Source: an uncultured Chloroflexia bacterium | GTDB taxonomy: Bacteria > Chloroflexota > Limnocylindria > Limnocylindrales > CSP1-4 | Length of the DNA stretch: 64,000 nt | Assembly: GCA_963734535.1 (NCBI GenBank) | Contig: CAVTHS010000007.1 | Location: 160,001-224,000, forward strand | Reading direction: 5' to 3' | Shown here: positions 58,979-64,000 of the stretch, piece by piece | Layout: every line of letters begins with the position of its first letter | Position numbering within the stretch: the stretch's first letter is position 1 | Notes under the pieces: model-generated | Databases searched by the model: none | The model's input: only the letters and a program-made list of their open reading frames with translations | Told to the model about the DNA's origin: nothing | Translations under genes and position numbers: made by a program

Positions 58979-61582
58979 ATGACGTTCGTTCCCGAATCGG
59001 GCCGGACGCGCCTCGGGACCAGTGCCCGCCCGGTGGCGATCGTCCTCGCCGCGCTGCTTCTCGGCGCGTTCGCATTCGCACCGGCCTCGGTCCAGGCGGC
59101 CTCTGCGACGATGGCGCCCGCATGCAGTGGCGCGAACGTGCGGTCCGGCCCCTCGACGACGGCCGCGGTCAAGGCCAGGCTCTCGACGGGCACGAAGGTC
59201 ACGACCGTTGCGCTCGTCGCCGGCGGCGCCTGGAAGGCGGTCTGTGCCGGCGCGAAGTCGGGCTCGAAGTGGTACCGGATCAGCGCCGTCAACGGGAGGG
59301 CAGTCCGGTCGCTGTACGGCGTCGCGTACCTCTACGCGGCGAGCGGCGTCCTCAAGGGCGTGCCGCCTACCTCCACCGTGCCGCCAACATCGACCGTGCC
59401 GCCACCGCAGACCGACGCGGCGGCCGATACCAACGGCGCCGAGCTCATGCGCCTGATCAATCTCGACCGCACGGCGCTTGGTCTGCCCGCGTACCCGATC
59501 GATGCGGGGCTGGCCGCCATCGCCCGGGATGCGCCGTTCACCTGCCCGACCGACCCGACCCTGGTCCTCCGCGGCCGGGCCGCGGACATGGCCGGCCGCT
59601 CGTATTTCGGGCACACGGTCGCGGGGTGCTTCCTGGCGGGAACCGCCACGCCGTACCCATCCCTGGCGATCGTCCAGACCGTCTTCGGCTACTCGCTGGC
59701 GCGGAGCGAGATCCTGCACTGGAACCAGGTCGGATCCGCGGCCACCACCTACACCCTCGGCTGCGACATCAACGGGACCGGCTGCACGGGTGGCACCACG
59801 ATGGCACCCGCCTCCGTCGTGATCGCCCAGCGCAATTTCATGGGCTCCTCGTCACATCGGACCTCGGAGCTGGGCGCATTTGGGCGGTTCGGGTGCGGCT
59901 CCGCGACGGTGCCCGGCACGACGGCCACCTACTACGCTTGCCTCTTCTCCGACAGCGGGTCCAGCTGGACGCCCGGATCTCCACCTGCCGCGCCACCGAC
60001 CGCCCCGCCGGCGCCCAGCCCGGTCCCGCCCGGCACGACGCCGTCTTCCGCCGGCCAGCAGATGGTGCCGGCGTGCGGCGGCGTCAACATCCGGACCGGC
60101 GCCTCGACGGGTTCCCCGGTCGCGACGACGCTCGGCACCACCGACGCGCTCACCGTCGTGGCGACCGTCCCCGGGTCCGGCTGGAGCACCAGCTGCCCGG
60201 GCGCGACGTCCGGCTCGACCTGGTACCAGGTCAGCCAGGTCAACGGGCAACCCGTCTCGACGATCTACGGGGTCGCCGCCCTGTATGCCGCGACCGGCGT
60301 CCTCGCACCGGCGCCGACCGCCGTTCCGCCCGTCCCGGCGCCCGCGACTGGCCCCGCGCCCGTGGGCGCGCCAGCCGCCGGTCCGACGGTGCTCGGCGCG
60401 AGCGTGACGTTCTACGGCCGCGGCTCGGGTCACGGCGTCGGGCTCTCCCAGTACGGTGCCCGCGGCCGAGCGCTCGCCGGCCAGGACGCCGCGACGATCC
60501 TCGCCCACTACTACGCCGGGACCACGATCGGGGCCATCGATCCCGCGACCCCCATCCGGGTCCTGCTCCTCGCCGGCGGCGCGTTCACGGCCGACAGCCC
60601 GCTGATCGTGTTCGGCAGGGGCGGTTCGTGGACCGTGGACGGCATCGCAGCCGTCTTCCCGGCGGACGCCCGCCTCCGCCTGGTCCCGGTGACCTCCGGG
60701 ATCGCGACCGCGTGGCGCGTGGTTGTCGACGACGCCGCCGGGGCCGTCCTCTTCGACGGTGCCGCGCCGGCCGACCTTCGAATCCGCGGGGCGACCCCGG
60801 ACACGACCCTCCAGCTTCCGGCACGCGCCGCGTCCTACAACCTCTACCGTGGCAACCTCCACGTGATCACGACAGGCGCGAAGGCTGACGTCGTGAACGA
60901 GGTGCGCGTCGAGGATTACCTGCGTGGCGTGGTCCCGGCCGAGATGCCGTCGACCTGGCCCGCCGCGGCGCTCACAGCCCAGGCGATCGCGGCCCGATCC
61001 TACGCGGCCTATCAGCTCCGTCCCGGCGTCTCGACGTTCGACGTCTATGACGACACCCGGTCCCAGGTCTACCTCGGCGTCCGCACGGAGGCGCCGGCGA
61101 TCGACGCCGTCGTTGCCGCGACGGCAGGCCAGGTGCTCTTCAGCGGCACGCGGATCGCGAACGCGCTGTTCCACTCGGCCGACGGCGGCGCCACGGAGAA
61201 CAACGAGAACGTCTATGTGAGCGCAACCGGGGCGAAGGTCGGGACGCCGGTGGCTGCCCTCCGCGGGTCGCCCGACCGGGATCCGAACGGCATTCCCTAC
61301 GACGCCACGTCCCCGTATGCGACCTGGCAGACGCGGACGTACACGCCGGCCCAGCTCTCGGCGATCTTCGCCGTCGACGCCCGCACCAACGTGGGAACCC
61401 TGTCCGCGCTCGACCTCCACGACCGCGGGGTCTCGGGCCGCCTCGTCAGCGTCACGCTGGTCGGCTCGGCCGGCACGAGGACGGTCTCGGGAACGGTCTT
61501 CATCGCGGCCTTCAACGCGGGGCGGCCCGCGGGGGACCCGATGGCCAGGAGCACGCTGCTCGACCTCGTCCCGATCCCCTGA
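58979..61582 (+). CDS. Secreted SH3-like / CAP-like / SH3-like / SpoIID-LytB multidomain cell-wall protein
   Basis: Signal peptide; duplicated SH3-like unit; CAP-like 'LINLDR..LGLP','DMAGRSYFGH','FMGSSSHR'; SpoIID 'GHGVGLSQYGA','DYLRGVVPAEM','AQAIAARSY','SQVY'. Confidence 0.82.
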   Translation: MTFVPESGRTRLGTSARPVAIVLAALLLGAFAFAPASVQAASATMAPACSGANVRSGPSTTAAVKARLSTGTKVTTVALVAGGAWKAVCAGAKSGSKWYRISAVNGRAVRSLYGVAYLYAASGVLKGVPPTSTVPPTSTVPPPQTDAAADTNGAELMRLINLDRTALGLPAYPIDAGLAAIARDAPFTCPTDPTLVLRGRAADMAGRSYFGHTVAGCFLAGTATPYPSLAIVQTVFGYSLARSEILHWNQVGSAATTYTLGCDINGTGCTGGTTMAPASVVIAQRNFMGSSSHRTSELGAFGRFGCGSATVPGTTATYYACLFSDSGSSWTPGSPPAAPPTAPPAPSPVPPGTTPSSAGQQMVPACGGVNIRTGASTGSPVATTLGTTDALTVVATVPGSGWSTSCPGATSGSTWYQVSQVNGQPVSTIYGVAALYAATGVLAPAPTAVPPVPAPATGPAPVGAPAAGPTVLGASVTFYGRGSGHGVGLSQYGARGRALAGQDAATILAHYYAGTTIGAIDPATPIRVLLLAGGAFTADSPLIVFGRGGSWTVDGIAAVFPADARLRLVPVTSGIATAWRVVVDDAAGAVLFDGAAPADLRIRGATPDTTLQLPARAASYNLYRGNLHVITTGAKADVVNEVRVEDYLRGVVPAEMPSTWPAAALTAQAIAARSYAAYQLRPGVSTFDVYDDTRSQVYLGVRTEAPAIDAVVAATAGQVLFSGTRIANALFHSADGGATENNENVYVSATGAKVGTPVAALRGSPDRDPNGIPYDATSPYATWQTRTYTPAQLSAIFAVDARTNVGTLSALDLHDRGVSGRLVSVTLVGSAGTRTVSGTVFIAAFNAGRPAGDPMARSTLLDLVPIP

Positions 61583-61597
61583 GGCGCGGGCGGCGCG

Positions 61598-62605
61598 TCA
61601 GCGATCCGGCGCGGGACCTCCAGCCCGATCGTCCGGGGCGGGATCGGGCGCGCCCGACAGTCGGACCACTGCCTCCCACAGGCGGCGGCGATCGGCCGCG
61701 CCGAGACGGGTTCCGGGGATGCGGTCGAACGGACGCGGCCGGCGATCCAGGTAGAGCGCCCCGCTCGTCGCAGCCCCGGCCGGGTCCGCGGCGAGCCAGA
61801 CGATGGTGTCGGCCCCTTGCGCGGGCGTTCGGAGCAGCGGCCGCATCGCGCGGTGGAAGCCCGGCAGCGTCTCCGCCAGGCCCGGCGTGTCGGCCCAGCC
61901 CGGGTGCATGGCGCTGAACGTGATGCCGGTCCCGCGCAGGCGGCGAGCCCACTCGCGGACGAGGGCCGTCTGGGCGCGCTTCGCCCGAGCGTAGGCCCGG
62001 GAGCCGGAGAACGGCCCGCCCGACGATTGCAGGTCGTCGAGGTCCAGCTTCTGGCTGTACATGCCGCCGGACGTCACGGAGATCACCCTCGCGGCCGGCG
62101 TGCGTCGAAGCAGGGGCAGGAGCCCCGAGACCAGGACGAACGGGCCCACGACGAGGACGGCCAGGGTCGCCTCGATCCCGTCCGGCCCGAGGCGCCGCTC
62201 GGGGAAGATCGCCCCCGCGTTGTCGATCAGCACGTCGAGCCTGGCCTCGGTCGCGTCGACGCGGCGCACGGCGTCGCGAATGGAGTCGAGGGATCCCATG
62301 TCGGCCACGACGATCGGGAAGCGGTCCTCGCCGTGCCGTGTGACCAGGGCATCGCGGACGGCCGCGAGACGCTCCTCGCTCCGGCCGACGAGGACGATCC
62401 TCGCGCCGAGCGCCGCGAGCGCATCGGTCGCCGCTCGCCCCAGCCCCGACGTGGGCCCGGTCACGAGGACCGTCCTGCCCTCGAGCGCGCCATCCGGCGG
62501 CGGCTCCCATCCGAATAGCTGTCGACGGAGCGCGATTCCCACCCGGGAGAAGCTGCCGGCGATCGAAATCTCGAGGCAATCGTCGACCAGCGACGCGACA
62601 TCCAT
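61598..62605 (-). CDS. SDR family oxidoreductase (DHRS12-like)
   Basis: 'TGPTSGLG','NAG','SGGMY','YARAK','HPGWADTPG'. Confidence 0.9.
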   Translation of the reverse strand: MDVASLVDDCLEISIAGSFSRVGIALRRQLFGWEPPPDGALEGRTVLVTGPTSGLGRAATDALAALGARIVLVGRSEERLAAVRDALVTRHGEDRFPIVVADMGSLDSIRDAVRRVDATEARLDVLIDNAGAIFPERRLGPDGIEATLAVLVVGPFVLVSGLLPLLRRTPAARVISVTSGGMYSQKLDLDDLQSSGGPFSGSRAYARAKRAQTALVREWARRLRGTGITFSAMHPGWADTPGLAETLPGFHRAMRPLLRTPAQGADTIVWLAADPAGAATSGALYLDRRPRPFDRIPGTRLGAADRRRLWEAVVRLSGAPDPAPDDRAGGPAPDR

Positions 62606-62699
62606 GAAGCACCCTCCAGGTTGGTGGCTGCGGTCCGGGCGGCGGATGCCCGCCCCGGGTTCCAGGCGCCGACCTGGCCTCCCCGCATCGGAGCCGAAG

Positions 62700-63182
62700 A
62701 TGACCAGGTTGCACCAACAGATCGAAACTCGACTGCCGCTGGATGCCGCGTTTGCGTTCGTCGCCGATTTCGCGAACGCCATGCACTGGGATCCCGGAGT
62801 CGCCACGTCCGAGTCCATCGACGCGGCGCCGACCGGGCTCGGCGCCCGGTACCGGCTCGGCGTTCGGATGCGCGGACGGGTCACCCCGATGGAGTACCGG
62901 ATCACGACGTTCGAAGCGCCCCGCCGGGTGGTGCTCACGGGCACGGGTCCCGGGATCTCCGCGATCGACGAGATCCGTTTCGAGGCTGTCGGGACCGTCA
63001 CCCGGATCGACTATACGGCCGACATCCGGCTCGGTGGCTTGCCGCGGCTCGCGCAGCCCTTCCTGGGCGGGGCCTTCGCGAGGCTTGCGCACGAGGCGAT
63101 CGACGGGATGCGGCGGGCGCTGGACGCGCGCGCGGTCGAGCGTGATGCTGCGCACGCCAGCGCGGCCACGTCGCCTCGATGA
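62700..63182 (+). CDS. SRPBCC family protein
   Basis: '[14 protein letters not shown]','TRIDYTAD'. Confidence 0.85.
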   Translation: MTRLHQQIETRLPLDAAFAFVADFANAMHWDPGVATSESIDAAPTGLGARYRLGVRMRGRVTPMEYRITTFEAPRRVVLTGTGPGISAIDEIRFEAVGTVTRIDYTADIRLGGLPRLAQPFLGGAFARLAHEAIDGMRRALDARAVERDAAHASAATSPR

Positions 63183-64000
63183 AGGTCGCCGTGGTCGGGT
63201 CCGGGGTCAGCGGGCTGACCGCCGCCTATGCGCTCCACCGGGACGGGCACCAGGTCCACCTCTTCGAGCGTGAGCCGGCGGTCGGCGGCCACGTCCGGAC
63301 GGTCGTGGTTCCAACGGACCGCGGTCCGGTCCCTGTCGACACCGGGTTCATCGTCTACAACGAGCGGACGTACCCCCAATTCGTCGGCCTCCTCGCCGAG
63401 CTGGGCGTGGAGACACAGCCAAGCGACATGTCGCTTGGCTCGGCCTGTCGCGACTGCGGCGTCGAGTTCAGCTCGCGCGGCGCGCGCGGCCTGTTCGCCA
63501 TCCCGGCGTCGGTGGCCCGCCCGGGGCACTGGCGGATGCTCGTGGACGTGGTCCGCTTCTACGCGGACGCACGACGGATCCTCGACACGAACCCGCCGTC
63601 CGGCCTGACGCTGGGCGAGTACCTCGACGCGGGTGGTTACGGGACGGGCTTCCGCAACCATTTCCTCGTCCCGATCACCGCGGCGGTCTGGTCCACTGCC
63701 CCGCAACGGGCGCTCGAGTTCCCGTTGGACTACCTGCTCCACTTCCTCGACAACCATGGGCTGATCGGCCTGGGCCGCGCGCCCCAATGGCGGACGATCC
63801 GAGGCGGCTCCCACGAATACGTGGCGCGGATCATCGCGTCCCTCCCCGCGGGTGCCGTGAGCACCGACGATCCGGTGCTCGGCGTCAGCCGGGACCAGGC
63901 AGGCGTCACGATCCGGACCGCGCGCCGGCCGCCGCAGCGCTTCGACGCGGTCGTGCTCGCCTCGCACGCGGACGATGCCCTGCGCACGCTCGGGGATGCG
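63179..64000 (+). CDS. FAD-dependent oxidoreductase (amine-oxidase-like, of the type often linked to DUF1365/cfa); 3' end outside window
   Basis: Read directly: [16 protein letters not shown]...GGHVRT...[14 protein letters not shown]...FLDNHGL. Confidence 0.88.
   Translation, partial: MKVAVVGSGVSGLTAAYALHRDGHQVHLFEREPAVGGHVRTVVVPTDRGPVPVDTGFIVYNERTYPQFVGLLAELGVETQPSDMSLGSACRDCGVEFSSRGARGLFAIPASVARPGHWRMLVDVVRFYADARRILDTNPPSGLTLGEYLDAGGYGTGFRNHFLVPITAAVWSTAPQRALEFPLDYLLHFLDNHGLIGLGRAPQWRTIRGGSHEYVARIIASLPAGAVSTDDPVLGVSRDQAGVTIRTARRPPQRFDAVVLASHADDALRTLGDA

Overview
Very GC-rich bacterial chromosomal window. Gene content and style suggest a monoderm-type organism, possibly Chloroflexota (inference only). 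I saw no rRNA, tRNA, CRISPR array, integrase or transposase. The window has five blocks. (1) 0.3-12.2 kb: a minus-strand nonulosonic-acid (legionaminic/sialic-type) surface-glycan cluster with LegC-like aminotransferase, NeuD, NeuA, NeuB, CBS-nucleotidyltransferase, GT2, flippase, DUF4910 and a deacetylase-like unknown. It is heavily frameshifted and ends in a junction where ugd and lhgO both lack 5' ends. (2) 13.4-16.6 kb: a three-gene surface-assembly unit of an Ig-like protein with an LPNTS sorting signal, a sortase whose catalytic Cys reads as Ser, and a DUF4012 protein. (3) 16.8-28.6 kb: mixed genes, including orphan ParA, MBL hydrolase, MoaD-MoaE fusion, degenerate lysine 5,6-aminomutase alpha homologue, proline dehydrogenase, acyl-CoA ligase, MarR plus a 22-aa repeat peptide, and a small LuxR/Zn-ribbon pair. 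(4) 28.7-51.5 kb: a sulfur/redox island with two ArsR, DUF302, OsmC, rhodanese, two PadR, two atypical hemerythrins, NifX-like protein, ECF sigma-ZAS fusion, a two-component system and lgt-TauE-DUF1634. Its core is an ArsR-DsrE-DsrE-TusA-MvhD*-HdrA(L)-HdrA-wHTH-QmoC-like-hemerythrin operon with no HdrB or AprAB. (5) 51.5-64 kb: mgtA, YciI, GH15, zwf, an SH3-CAP-SH3-SpoIID protein, SDR, SRPBCC and a partial FAD oxidoreductase. The best candidates for an undescribed system are the Qmo/HdrL-like complex coupled to sulfur carriers and the Ser-sortase/LPNTS/DUF4012 module next to the glycan locus. Family calls come from motif recognition by eye, not database searches. Start sites of frameshifted genes are approximate.
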